The notes beneath the pieces were generated by a model that ran no database searches, was not told the origin of the DNA, and was given only the letters and a program-made list of their open reading frames with translations. From an uncultured Verrucomicrobiota bacterium (GTDB taxonomy: Bacteria > Verrucomicrobiota > Kiritimatiellia > RFP12 > UBA1067), in NCBI GenBank assembly GCA_946613265.1, contig CAMOFK010000001.1, forward strand, positions 22,753-86,752: DNA of 64,000 bases, given 5' to 3'. This document shows positions 27,930 through 37,119 of this stretch, in pieces. The first letter of the stretch is position 1. Each line of letters begins with the position of its first letter. The translations under genes and the position numbers were made by a program.

Positions 27930-30101
27930 TCAGTCGTTCTTGCCGCCGGCAAGGATGACGAGGGAATCCTTGTCGGCATTATGGAGTTTGTACGAGACAA
28001 GACGCCCGCCTGCCCATTTCAAATCTACGGCGCCGCCGCCGCGAATTCGCAATCCTCTGACCTCGCCATCCGGCCAAACCGATGGAAGGGCGGGGAGCAG
28101 GCGGACGATGGTTTTGCCTTCCGGCGTCCTTTCATGACTCTGCACAAGCATTTCGCATACGGCGGCTGTCATGCCGAGATTTCCGTCGATCTGGAATGGC
28201 GGGTGCGTGGCCAGAAGGTTTGGAAGGGTGTTGAAGCGCAGCAGCCCCTCGAGCATTGCGGCGGCACGGTCGGCATCTCCCAGACGCGCCCATATCGCCG
28301 CGCGCCACGGCCAAGTCCACGAGCGGCGGGAATCTTTCTGTGTCGTCCGGCCTACCGAGAGGGATATGGCGGCGGCCTTTGCCAATTCCGGCGTGGCGGA
28401 TTTGGAAATTGTCGAGCCGGGATAGACGGCGAAGAGGTGGGAAGTGTGGCGGTGGTTGTCGTGTTTGACATCGATATCCTCCTGCCACTCCTGAAGCTGG
28501 CCCCACGAGCCTATCTTGTCTCCGCCAAGACGCGAAAGGATTTTTCGGGCATTCTCGGCGATCGAAGGCTTGGCTTTGACAAGCGCGGCGGCTTGCGCGA
28601 CGCATTGGAGAAGCTCGCGCATCATTTGCTGGTCGTGCATCACGCCATCGGCTACCGGGCCGTGTTCCGGACTCCAGCCGTCTTTGACGAGCAGAGTGCC
28701 TTCCGGGCCTTCTACGAGATGGGTGGAGATGAACGTATAGCTGTTCAGCAGCAGCGGCCACGCCGTCTCGCGCAAGAATTTGTCGTCGCGCGTGAACAGG
28801 AAGTGGTCCCACGCCATGATCGCCATCCATGGCGCGCCGGCGAAATTCCATTTCCATCCGCCTCCGCCGAAAGCGTTCAGCGAGGTCCTATAGGCGACGC
28901 CATTGGAGCCGGGAAATGCGAGCGCGGTTTCTTTCGCGGCCGTTCTCCCTGCGGCGACGAGCCAGCGCGCGAGTGGTTGCCAAGTCGCGGAGATATTGGC
29001 GGTATCCGCCGCCCAGTAGTTCATCTGGAGATTGATATTGGTGTGGTAGTCCGAATGCCACGAGGGGTTGTTCTCCGCATTCCACAGTCCTTGAAGATTT
29101 GCGGGAAGGGCAGAAGGGCCGCGAGATGATGAAAGCAGCAAGTATCGCCCGAGATTTACTTGCGTTTCGATGAGGTCGGCAAATGCCGCGGCGAGCGGTG
29201 GATACTCGGGCTGCTCGCGGCCGGCGCGAACGTAATCAAGGCGCGCCCGCGTCGGCAGCGCGTCCCATGCCGGGGAGCGCGGCTTCGCGAGATTGATCGC
29301 GAATTTGCCGCTGGCGGATTTCCACTCTGCGGCGTGGCGGGCTTTCAGACGCTCGAAATCGCCTTTGAAAGGCTCGGCGTATTGCGGGCAAGGCAAGCCG
29401 AGGCCGAAATCTTCGCGCGTGAGATCGTAGGCGGTCTTTGCGCGCAGCCAGACGACGAGATTAGTGCCGCCGTTCATCTGCCAATCTACGCGCGCGGCGT
29501 ACGCGAGCGCATTGGAGAGAGTGCCGGCGAAGCCGAGGGAATTGGCGCCGAGCCGAGAGGGCGTCTCGGAATGCGCGCCCGTCAAAGAGATGCGTGCATC
29601 GAAAGGCGCAGAGGAAACGAAGCGCAAGGCAATGACATCGTCGGCGGCGCTCGCGAAAGCTTCGCGAAGGATGAAGCTGCCGTCGGCGCGCCTGATTTCG
29701 ACGCGATGGATTGCGTTTGCGAGATCGAGTATGCGCGAATAGCCAGAGATGGCAGGTGCGGCGCCCGAGCGATCAATCAGCTCTATCGCCAGTTCGCCGA
29801 AGTTCTGATAATCGCCTACGGTACGGTCGGTGGCGGCGCTTTTTTTGTCGCCTGAGGTTCCCGAGAAATTGAAGTCGCCCGTCCAGAGGGAATCGCAGTT
29901 GAATTGCACCGACTCTTTGTGCACTCCGCCGGTGAGCATCGCGCCGATTCTGCCATTGCCTATCGGATAGCGTTGCGATTGCCAGAATTCCGGCGCTTCT
30001 TGCGCGGGGCGATCGTCGAAAATGATTTCGCCGGAAAAGCAGCTTCCGGGGATGGCGAAAGCAGTCAGAAAAGCGATTGCGGGGAGTCCGGGTGTTTTCA
30101 T
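27930..30101 (-). CDS. GH95 alpha-L-fucosidase-like glycoside hydrolase
   Basis: Start at MKTPGLPAIAFLTAFAIPGSCFS (signal peptide). The N-terminal YPIGNGRIGAMLTGG motif, NLQGLWN and the roughly 720-aa length are typical of GH95. The upstream 112 codons of the ORF track overlap the neighbouring gene. Confidence 0.85.
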   Translation of the reverse strand: MKTPGLPAIAFLTAFAIPGSCFSGEIIFDDRPAQEAPEFWQSQRYPIGNGRIGAMLTGGVHKESVQFNCDSLWTGDFNFSGTSGDKKSAATDRTVGDYQNFGELAIELIDRSGAAPAISGYSRILDLANAIHRVEIRRADGSFILREAFASAADDVIALRFVSSAPFDARISLTGAHSETPSRLGANSLGFAGTLSNALAYAARVDWQMNGGTNLVVWLRAKTAYDLTREDFGLGLPCPQYAEPFKGDFERLKARHAAEWKSASGKFAINLAKPRSPAWDALPTRARLDYVRAGREQPEYPPLAAAFADLIETQVNLGRYLLLSSSRGPSALPANLQGLWNAENNPSWHSDYHTNINLQMNYWAADTANISATWQPLARWLVAAGRTAAKETALAFPGSNGVAYRTSLNAFGGGGWKWNFAGAPWMAIMAWDHFLFTRDDKFLRETAWPLLLNSYTFISTHLVEGPEGTLLVKDGWSPEHGPVADGVMHDQQMMRELLQCVAQAAALVKAKPSIAENARKILSRLGGDKIGSWGQLQEWQEDIDVKHDNHRHTSHLFAVYPGSTISKSATPELAKAAAISLSVGRTTQKDSRRSWTWPWRAAIWARLGDADRAAAMLEGLLRFNTLPNLLATHPPFQIDGNLGMTAAVCEMLVQSHERTPEGKTIVRLLPALPSVWPDGEVRGLRIRGGGAVDLKWAGGRLVSYKLHNADKDSLVILAGGKND

Positions 30102-30126
30102 CTGTCGTCGGTTTTGTTGGCTTATT

Positions 30127-32250
30127 CTATATTTTGCGAGGCGGTATGCCGTGGTGTTTTTCCGAAGGGGCCGTGCGTCTGCGGGCGGCGAAGAAATCTG
30201 CGATTCGATGCACTCCGGCGGCGTCTTCGCCGTGCGGATGGTGGCCGCGGTTTTCGTGCACTGTGAGATAGAGCTTACCGCCAGCGGCGGCGAAGCGTTG
30301 CGCGAAGGGTTCCGCATTGCATTGTGGAGGAACGACTTCGTCTTTGCCGCCGTAGATGAGTTTGACAGGAATGCCGGCTTCGGCGAGTTTTTCCGCCATG
30401 TTGAGAGGCATGCGAGGATCGTTCGACCAAATGCCATCAGGCGGCACTGAGTCTTTCCATGGGCCGATCGCCTTTCCCGGATTGTCGCGAAATTTCTTCA
30501 GTCCCGAGAAACCGTCGAAATTCAATAGCGGCGCGTCGAGATACATGCGCTCCACGGCGTCAGGGTGCGCGCAGGCGTAGCGAACGGAAAAAAAGCCGCC
30601 CCAGCTCAGCCCCACGAGATTGGCGCGCTCCGCGAATGAAAGATCGCTGGAGAGGAATCGTTGGAAGGCGCGGCTCGCGTCCAGACCTTTCTCATCCATT
30701 CTGTTGCTGAATGTGTCCAGTGTCACGTGGTGCCAGCCGTTGGAGAGCAGTTCGAGGACGCCGGTGCGCTCGACGAATGCATCGGCCCATTGCATCGTCC
30801 ATGTCCACGGGCGTCCATCGGCAGGTTCCCCGCGAGGCTCTGCGATCCATGCGCGATGCCCATCGAAAATGAACTGGGTGCGCCGGAATCCATGCCACGT
30901 GTCGCTGCCGGTTATGCGGTATTTGACGGCAATCTTCGCCGCGAGCGGCGAAGAAGCTGTTTCGCCATTGACGAGACGTGCGCGCAGATCGTCCCAGCGC
31001 ACAAAGCCCCCCGCGACCGTCTCGAGTCCGCGCACGCGAGTCTCGCGCTCGTTGAAGAGAATCTTTACAAGTACGTCGCCAGCGTTGTTGCGGTAGAAAA
31101 CGAGCTGGAGATTTGCAGCCATCGGCATGCAGTTCGCGAGCGCCGCGTCATCGCAGAGTTTGGCGCAAGGAATCTTGTCGCCGGCGCCTTCAAGACCGAT
31201 ATAGGCTGCAAGCGCCCACAGGCCCAAATCGTGCGCGAAGCGCAAATCGGCGGCGACTTCGCCTGTGGCGATCGCTTGATCTGCGCGCACGGCGATGTCC
31301 ATTGCGGCTGGATGCGCAGAGTTTGCGACCGCATAGCCGAATTCTACGCTGCCGCCCATCATCATGTACCACTTTGCACGGACGACACGCGAGATCGAGG
31401 CAAGCTCTTCTGGCTCGAACCAGTCGAAGAGTTGCAAACCGCCCAGCTCTTCATCTATCGGCAGACAGCCGGCGACGAGATGGAAAAGATCGTGCGCGAA
31501 TCTGTAAGGATCGGTTATGACAGCGCGCGCGGCCGCTTCGTCCTTGAAGACGAGGTGTTTGAAATGCTCGAGCTTCAGTATGTCGGCGGCGAGAAGACGC
31601 GCGGCCTCGCGTAGCGGCATTTCTTGCGCAGAGCGTTCTTCAGGTTCGTTCACGAGTTTGTCGAGAATCCTTTCGCCAGTCTCGAAATCGAATGCGAGCG
31701 ACGGCGCGGCGCCTTTCAATTCGACGGCGAAATTCGCCATGCTCGCCAGGCAACGCGGTACAGGGGTGGATTGGCAACGCACGAATCTGCCTTCGCTTTC
31801 GAAAACCTGCGCGAAGCGCGCGTGCATGCGCCGGGCCAGCAACTTCTGCTCTCGCGCGCCGCGCGCGGAAAGTTCGCCGTACCTGCCTTCGTGGGCGGCG
31901 GCGATGAACTGGAGCGCCGCGGCGAGTTCTTCGCCTTTCGGCGTCAGCAAGCCGTCTTTCGCCGCGCGCGCGAATACTCTTGCGGCATCGCAGCGCTTCT
32001 TCTCAGTCTGGAAACGGCTCCCATGCCGCCCGTAGTGGCTGATGTAGAAAGGACGGTAGCCCGCCGGCGGCGGGACGTCCTTTATGTCCTCGAAGGTATA
32101 TGGGCGCATATTGCCGGCGGAGCTGGCTGGATTCGCCGCCACGGCATCTTCGAAAGCGCCTGCAAAGACGCAATGCGAAACGATTGCAAAAACCGCAAGC
32201 AGGGCCAGCACCGGCGCCGATCTTTTCAGCCTTGATATTTCCATCGACAT
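30127..32250 (-). CDS. Secreted fusion protein: histidine acid phosphatase (branch 2) domain plus C-terminal alpha/beta-hydrolase (esterase) domain
   Basis: 707 aa with a signal peptide. RHGSRF (RHGxRxP-type) lies near residue 75 and a later HD motif (FAHDLG) is present. The C-terminal roughly 230 aa carry the nucleophile elbow GLSWGG, the acidic GGKDEVV and GHHPHG. Confidence 0.72.
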   Translation of the reverse strand: MSMEISRLKRSAPVLALLAVFAIVSHCVFAGAFEDAVAANPASSAGNMRPYTFEDIKDVPPPAGYRPFYISHYGRHGSRFQTEKKRCDAARVFARAAKDGLLTPKGEELAAALQFIAAAHEGRYGELSARGAREQKLLARRMHARFAQVFESEGRFVRCQSTPVPRCLASMANFAVELKGAAPSLAFDFETGERILDKLVNEPEERSAQEMPLREAARLLAADILKLEHFKHLVFKDEAAARAVITDPYRFAHDLFHLVAGCLPIDEELGGLQLFDWFEPEELASISRVVRAKWYMMMGGSVEFGYAVANSAHPAAMDIAVRADQAIATGEVAADLRFAHDLGLWALAAYIGLEGAGDKIPCAKLCDDAALANCMPMAANLQLVFYRNNAGDVLVKILFNERETRVRGLETVAGGFVRWDDLRARLVNGETASSPLAAKIAVKYRITGSDTWHGFRRTQFIFDGHRAWIAEPRGEPADGRPWTWTMQWADAFVERTGVLELLSNGWHHVTLDTFSNRMDEKGLDASRAFQRFLSSDLSFAERANLVGLSWGGFFSVRYACAHPDAVERMYLDAPLLNFDGFSGLKKFRDNPGKAIGPWKDSVPPDGIWSNDPRMPLNMAEKLAEAGIPVKLIYGGKDEVVPPQCNAEPFAQRFAAAGGKLYLTVHENRGHHPHGEDAAGVHRIADFFAARRRTAPSEKHHGIPPRKI

Positions 32251-32281
32251 AGATTCCTTGTTGCGAGAAGGCAGGTATTGC

Positions 32282-33223
32282 CTAGCTGATCCTGTCGCCC
32301 CAGAAGCCGACGGAAATATCTGGACAGTTCGCCAAGGCCGGCGGCATGGCGCGGTTGATATGCCACTTGTGCGCTCTGCCTTTAGTTTGCTTGTGCCCCA
32401 ACTCCCAGAGATGGCCGAATACGACGCGCTTGGGGTGTATTCTACGCATGGCGTCGGCTATATCCAGTCCGGACATCGGAAATAGAAGCCATAGATCGGG
32501 CGCGCCCCATTTGACGGCGAGTTTGTCGTTGGACGGCCTGCAATCGCCAGTGTGCAACAGCCTGAAGCCGCCTATGGCGATTTCGAATGCCGTCGTGAAA
32601 TCTATGCCCCATGGCTCTGAGGCGTGATCGACGCTGAATGTCCGTATCGAAATGTCCTTTATGTGAAGGATGTTTTCGCCTTTCATCAACCCCGATACTT
32701 CCGCGCCGTTGTTGGCGTGGAAGTTGGAGACGATCTTTTTGCCCGCGCTGTCCATCGCGCGCAAGAAATCTCCATCGAAGTGATCGCCGTGGGCGTGGGT
32801 GCAAAGAGCGAAATCCAGCAGCGGCGCAAATTCCTTCGCGCGGCGATGTTTCAGGTCGATCGAGAAAGTCGCATGTCGCGTCTTTACGATATACCCCATG
32901 TTGTATATGCTCCAGACCGCGGGCGCGTCGCTTCCCACTATCGTCTCTGCGACTTCGCGCTTCACTTTGTCAAAGGCGTGTTCAAGCGCTTTCAGCGCGG
33001 CGAAATTCCGCGTGTCGCCGTCTTTGTAGTAGGCCTTGTAATCTTCAGGCGCGACGAGCATTGTCGCATCGTTCCAGCGATCTACTAACGCCGCTTGGCG
33101 CTCGGCGCTGCGGCGTTGAGGCGTTGCGCTCGCTTTGCCGGCGGCGAAGGCGTGCGCGGCGGTTGAAGATGCGAAAGCCGCCGCGCCCAATATGAATTCT
33201 CTGCGCTTCATTTGCATCGTCAT
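32282..33223 (-). CDS. Tat-exported MBL-fold metallo-hydrolase
   Basis: Twin-arginine signal MKRREFILGAAAFASS...AFA. It carries the metallo-beta-lactamase motif THAHGDHFD. Confidence 0.8.
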   Translation of the reverse strand: MTMQMKRREFILGAAAFASSTAAHAFAAGKASATPQRRSAERQAALVDRWNDATMLVAPEDYKAYYKDGDTRNFAALKALEHAFDKVKREVAETIVGSDAPAVWSIYNMGYIVKTRHATFSIDLKHRRAKEFAPLLDFALCTHAHGDHFDGDFLRAMDSAGKKIVSNFHANNGAEVSGLMKGENILHIKDISIRTFSVDHASEPWGIDFTTAFEIAIGGFRLLHTGDCRPSNDKLAVKWGAPDLWLLFPMSGLDIADAMRRIHPKRVVFGHLWELGHKQTKGRAHKWHINRAMPPALANCPDISVGFWGDRIS

Positions 33224-34863
33224 GCCGGTTCTTCTTCGAAGATTGATTTTGATTTGTCGAAATCCGCATTCGAGAGCGACGACAGGTCGATTATCGTGTT
33301 GATCGCGTCCTCGAGATTATAGGCGTCTTTCGGATGGCGTTTGCGGATGTCCGGGCGCGCCTTGTCGTATTCTTTGCTTGACCAGAGCATGAATGGAACG
33401 CTCGTCATCGGGATGTTGGCAAGCTGCGAATGCCCGAGGACTTTGTTTCCTGGCGTATCGTATATATCCTCGCCATGGTCGCTGAAGTAGAGGAGGTAGG
33501 AGATTCCGGAGCGCTTGGCGAGGATGGAAGTGAATTGCGTTATCACCCAGTCGGTATAGCGGATGGAGTCGTCGTATGCATTCACCATCTGCGTCTGCAT
33601 GGCGTTGAGCGCTTCCTTGCCGGGCGCGGCGCCCTGGAAATGGACGAATTCCGACGGGTAGCGGTTCACATACGCAGAGTGGCTTCCGATCATGTGGAGG
33701 AAAACGACTTTCTTCGCCGCCGTATCGCGGAGGGCCTTTTCGAGTTCTGGCAGCAGCGAGCCGTCCACGCTTCTTTCGAAACGTTTCAAGTCCGAATAGC
33801 AGATGCACTTGCAGACGTCGGCATGGGAGGCGAGCGCCGTAAGGGGCGTATTGTCGTCCAGCGCGTACTGGTTGGAAATCCAGAATGTCTTGAAGCCCGC
33901 TTCCTTGAAGTAATCGATAATCGAGCCGCGCGTGCGGAGCTTCTCCGGTTCCTTGCGCGTTGCGAAAGTCAGCACTTTTTCCAGCACGGGCAGCGTCTGC
34001 GCGAACGGCGAGCGGACGCCGCGAATGCGCAGAATCGAATTGCCCAGCGCGTCGGTGAATTCATTCGTCGCCCGCTTGTATCCGCAGTACGAGTGGTGCA
34101 TGGAGTTGGCGCTTTCGCCGATGCAGATTACGTATGTCTGCGCGGTTTCTGCGGGTAGCGAAGACGATATGGCCGCGAAAGGCGGCGCGCTGTGCGCGGC
34201 GATTTCTTTCGCCAGCATGGCGTACGATTTCTTGAATTGGAAGTAGTGGAAGGCAAAGCTCGAATATGGATTGAGAATATAGCCGATCTTAAAGCGCGCA
34301 GCTTTCTTGGTGAGGTTTCGCGGGAAGGGGAGGAAGGCGGCGAAGAGCAGCGCGCAGGCAATCGCGCGCGTCGTCGCTGGGAGCGCCGGCGCGCGCGGAA
34401 TCAGAGGAATCAGCGCGAACGGGACGATGTATATCGCGGCGACGACGACCCAATTCCAGAACGTGACGGTCTGACGGCAATATTCCTTGAATTCCTGCAT
34501 ATTCGTCGCGAACAGCGAATAGAAGGTGTTGATTCCTACGCGCGAACCGAATTGCCTGATGTGTGCAATCTCGAGAATGAATAGCGGCGCGAATACGGCA
34601 TGTATCGCGAGAGCGTACCACTTCGCGGCGCAAGGCGCCGCCACTGCCGGAATCCACACGAGAGCCGTCATGGGGAATGTTCGCAGCAGATCCTTGCCGA
34701 CCGCGCGCGCGAATGTGGCGTTCCGCCAGCGACCGCCTGCCGCAGCCTTGGCCGATGAATACACGACCGGCGCATACGCGACAAACGCCAGATAGCCCAA
34801 TACCCAGTAGAGTCCTTCAAAGTTCATGGCTGCCAAATATTCAGTGTCTTCGCGTCGCGGCAT
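33220..34863 (-). CDS. Phosphoethanolamine-transferase / sulfatase-superfamily membrane protein (EptA/CptA-like)
   Basis: About five N-terminal TMs, then an alkaline-phosphatase-superfamily domain (VICIGESANS, FLHMIGSH, YFSDHGE). An alternative start lies at 34827 (MNFEGLY). Confidence 0.72.
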   Translation of the reverse strand: MPRREDTEYLAAMNFEGLYWVLGYLAFVAYAPVVYSSAKAAAGGRWRNATFARAVGKDLLRTFPMTALVWIPAVAAPCAAKWYALAIHAVFAPLFILEIAHIRQFGSRVGINTFYSLFATNMQEFKEYCRQTVTFWNWVVVAAIYIVPFALIPLIPRAPALPATTRAIACALLFAAFLPFPRNLTKKAARFKIGYILNPYSSFAFHYFQFKKSYAMLAKEIAAHSAPPFAAISSSLPAETAQTYVICIGESANSMHHSYCGYKRATNEFTDALGNSILRIRGVRSPFAQTLPVLEKVLTFATRKEPEKLRTRGSIIDYFKEAGFKTFWISNQYALDDNTPLTALASHADVCKCICYSDLKRFERSVDGSLLPELEKALRDTAAKKVVFLHMIGSHSAYVNRYPSEFVHFQGAAPGKEALNAMQTQMVNAYDDSIRYTDWVITQFTSILAKRSGISYLLYFSDHGEDIYDTPGNKVLGHSQLANIPMTSVPFMLWSSKEYDKARPDIRKRHPKDAYNLEDAINTIIDLSSLSNADFDKSKSIFEEEPA

Positions 34864-34883
34864 CTGCCGCGCGCGTCACGGAT

Positions 34884-34892
34884 ATTATAACA
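34884..34892 (-). promoter_or_regulatory. Extended -10 promoter (TGTTATAAT)
   Basis: The reverse complement reads ggatttaTGTTATAATatcc. It lies 20 nt upstream of the ATG at 34863. Confidence 0.6.
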
Positions 34893-34938
34893 TAAATCCT
34901 GCCTGCGCACCGGAGGCGCCGGCGCGGAGAAAGATCGC

Positions 34939-35496
34939 TCATCCATCGATGCGCCGCCATATCGCCAAGCGTGATTTTCCGTATGTGCGATCGCGTACGA
35001 GTTCCCATCCCGGCGGAGTTTCCGGCGATTGCTCCGAAGTCGTCTCGGCAGCGAAAACGCCACCCACGCGGATTACGCCGTTCTCCGCAAGCGCGCCAAG
35101 GAAATCCGCATAGCCGCGCTCTTGGCCGAGCGCGTACGGCGGATCTGCAAACGCGATGTCGAAGGCTTCCGCGCGGTATGCGGCAATCCAGCGATACGCA
35201 TCGGCGCGAACGAGCTGCGGCATGGGCGACGGGGCCAGCGCCGCGATATTTTTCCTGATGCACTCTATATGCTTGGGATTGCGCTCGACAAAGACGGCGA
35301 GCGCGGCTCCGCGCGAAAGCGCCTCCAGCCCGACGGCGCCGCTGCCGGCGAAAAGATCGAGGAACCGCGCACCCGTTATGCAGTCGCCAAGCATCGAGAA
35401 AAGCGCTTCGCGCACGCGATCTTGCGTGGGGCGGATTTCCCCTGTCTTCGGGGTCGCCAGCGTCCTTCCGCCGTATATTCCGCTTGTTATGCGCAT
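34939..35496 (-). CDS. rsmD: 16S rRNA (guanine966-N2)-methyltransferase RsmD
   Basis: 185 aa. RPTQDRVREALF, the SAM motif LDLFAGSGAVGLEALSRGA, and the catalytic DPPY. Confidence 0.9.
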   Translation of the reverse strand: MRITSGIYGGRTLATPKTGEIRPTQDRVREALFSMLGDCITGARFLDLFAGSGAVGLEALSRGAALAVFVERNPKHIECIRKNIAALAPSPMPQLVRADAYRWIAAYRAEAFDIAFADPPYALGQERGYADFLGALAENGVIRVGGVFAAETTSEQSPETPPGWELVRDRTYGKSRLAIWRRIDG

Positions 35497-35568
35497 AGCC
35501 GCGGTTTGATTGCAGTCAATGAAGCGGCATTGCCGCGGGGGTGCCGAAGGCTCGCGCCGCGCTCCATT

Positions 35569-35991
35569 TCATATTCCGTTGTTTTCCTGCCTGTACTCTG
35601 CGGAGCTGTCGGCCGTTTCCCAGACGCGAACGGCAACGAGACCCGGCAGACGGACTTTCAGCGCGTCAAAGAACAGATTCGCCAGATTCTCCGCGGTCGA
35701 GCGGAAAGGTATGGCGACAGTGCGCATGCCGTGACGCTTGACCACTTCCGCGATTTCGCATTCGCCTTCCGACGCGGTGGAGTATATGAAGGCGTGGTCG
35801 AAGCGCTCGCATATCGTCTCGTTCGCGATCTTTTTCAGTTCCTTGAAGTCGATGACCATGTCGCGCTCGCCGTCGCCGGCTACGGACACATCGACTCTGT
35901 AAGTGTGGCCGTGGAGATTGCGGCACAGCCCCTCGTGGTTGGTGAGAATGTGCGCGGCGTCGAAACGCACCGTCTTCGTCACAATAGTCAT
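35569..35991 (-). CDS. queD: 6-carboxy-5,6,7,8-tetrahydropterin synthase (PTPS family)
   Basis: 140 aa, starting MTIVTKTVRFDAAHIL...LHGHTY with GGAGGAGAAA upstream. It has the typical PTPS His triad. Confidence 0.88.
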   Translation of the reverse strand: MTIVTKTVRFDAAHILTNHEGLCRNLHGHTYRVDVSVAGDGERDMVIDFKELKKIANETICERFDHAFIYSTASEGECEIAEVVKRHGMRTVAIPFRSTAENLANLFFDALKVRLPGLVAVRVWETADSSAEYRQENNGI

Positions 35992-36410
35992 TTCTCCTCC
36001 TGCGCGCCATCTTCGGAAAGCATGGCGACGAATCTTTCTGGCGGCGGACACGGACGGAATGTATCGAGCGATACGAAAGCATGGCGCGTGAAGCCGCTGG
36101 CGAGAATATCTTCGGAGCCCTTGCGCCTGACTTCGCAGCCGATTTCGATACGCACGCCTTTCATGCCGCGCACGAAAGCAGTGATTTCGAGGAGGTCGTC
36201 GTATTTGGCGCTTCTTCTGCAATCCAGCTCCGCGTGCGTGACCGGCAGTCCCCAGCCTTCGGATTCGCATTCTTTGTAGGTATAGCCGCACGCGCGCATG
36301 AGTTCGTTGCGTGCGCGCTCGAAATACACGAGATAGTTGGCGTAGTACACGACTCCCATCATATCGGTGTCGGCATACGGAACACGGTATTCCAGCGTGA
36401 TCGTTTTCAT
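35988..36410 (-). CDS. YbgC/FadM-family acyl-CoA thioesterase (hotdog fold)
   Basis: 140 aa. VPYADTDMMGVVYYANYLVYFERAR is the canonical 4HBT-class motif. Confidence 0.85.
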   Translation of the reverse strand: MKTITLEYRVPYADTDMMGVVYYANYLVYFERARNELMRACGYTYKECESEGWGLPVTHAELDCRRSAKYDDLLEITAFVRGMKGVRIEIGCEVRRKGSEDILASGFTRHAFVSLDTFRPCPPPERFVAMLSEDGAQEEK

Positions 36411-36428
36411 TTGCGGATTTGCCCTTGG

Positions 36429-37091
36429 TCAGTCGATAGAGTTGGCAAGCTCCTTGAGGAGATTGGCGGCGGCGGCGCATTCCGCTTCATGCCGCGAATG
36501 CGCCGTCGCGTCGGCCCAGCCGAAACCGGCGATTTCCACGCGCACTTTGTGAAGCGGGGCGTGCGCGCTGCCTTCGACGGAAAGCAGGCTGTATTGCGGG
36601 CGGCATCCAGGGCGGAAGCGCAATGCCGCCTTCTGCAACTCGCCTTTCGGGTTGGCGCCCCACGCGCCGTCAAGCGAGTGTTCGCCGAGTGCGTATGCGG
36701 CGAAAATCTTCTTGGCCGCTTCCAGGCCGCCGTCAAGCCAGGCGGCGCCGAGAATGGCTTCCATGGCATCGGCGAGGAAATGCTCGTCTCCGCGAACCGG
36801 CGCGGCGCCCTTGTTGCGGCGCAACAGCGTCGCGAGGCCGAGGCGGCGCGCGGCCGCGCAGAGCGCCGCCGTGGAAACCATGCGCGTGCGGCGCTCTGTC
36901 AGTTCGCCTTCTTGCGAAGAGGCGAATTCCCGGTAGAGTGAATCAGCGGCCAGAAGACCCAGCACGGCGTCGCCAAGGAATTCCAGACGCTGATTGTCGG
37001 CCGCGCCGGGCGTCGTCATTCTGAAGGATGGCGTGGTGAGCGCGTTTTCCAGCAGCTCCGGACGCCGGAATGTGTAGCCGAAGATTTCCAT
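36429..37091 (-). CDS. rnc: Ribonuclease III
   Basis: 220 aa. RNase III signature NQRLEFLGDAVLG and a C-terminal dsRBD (GSAHAPLHKVRVEI...EAECAAAANLL). Confidence 0.95.
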   Translation of the reverse strand: MEIFGYTFRRPELLENALTTPSFRMTTPGAADNQRLEFLGDAVLGLLAADSLYREFASSQEGELTERRTRMVSTAALCAAARRLGLATLLRRNKGAAPVRGDEHFLADAMEAILGAAWLDGGLEAAKKIFAAYALGEHSLDGAWGANPKGELQKAALRFRPGCRPQYSLLSVEGSAHAPLHKVRVEIAGFGWADATAHSRHEAECAAAANLLKELANSID

Positions 37092-37119
37092 GTGCCGGAA
37101 GATACCCTTCGCTTCGGTG

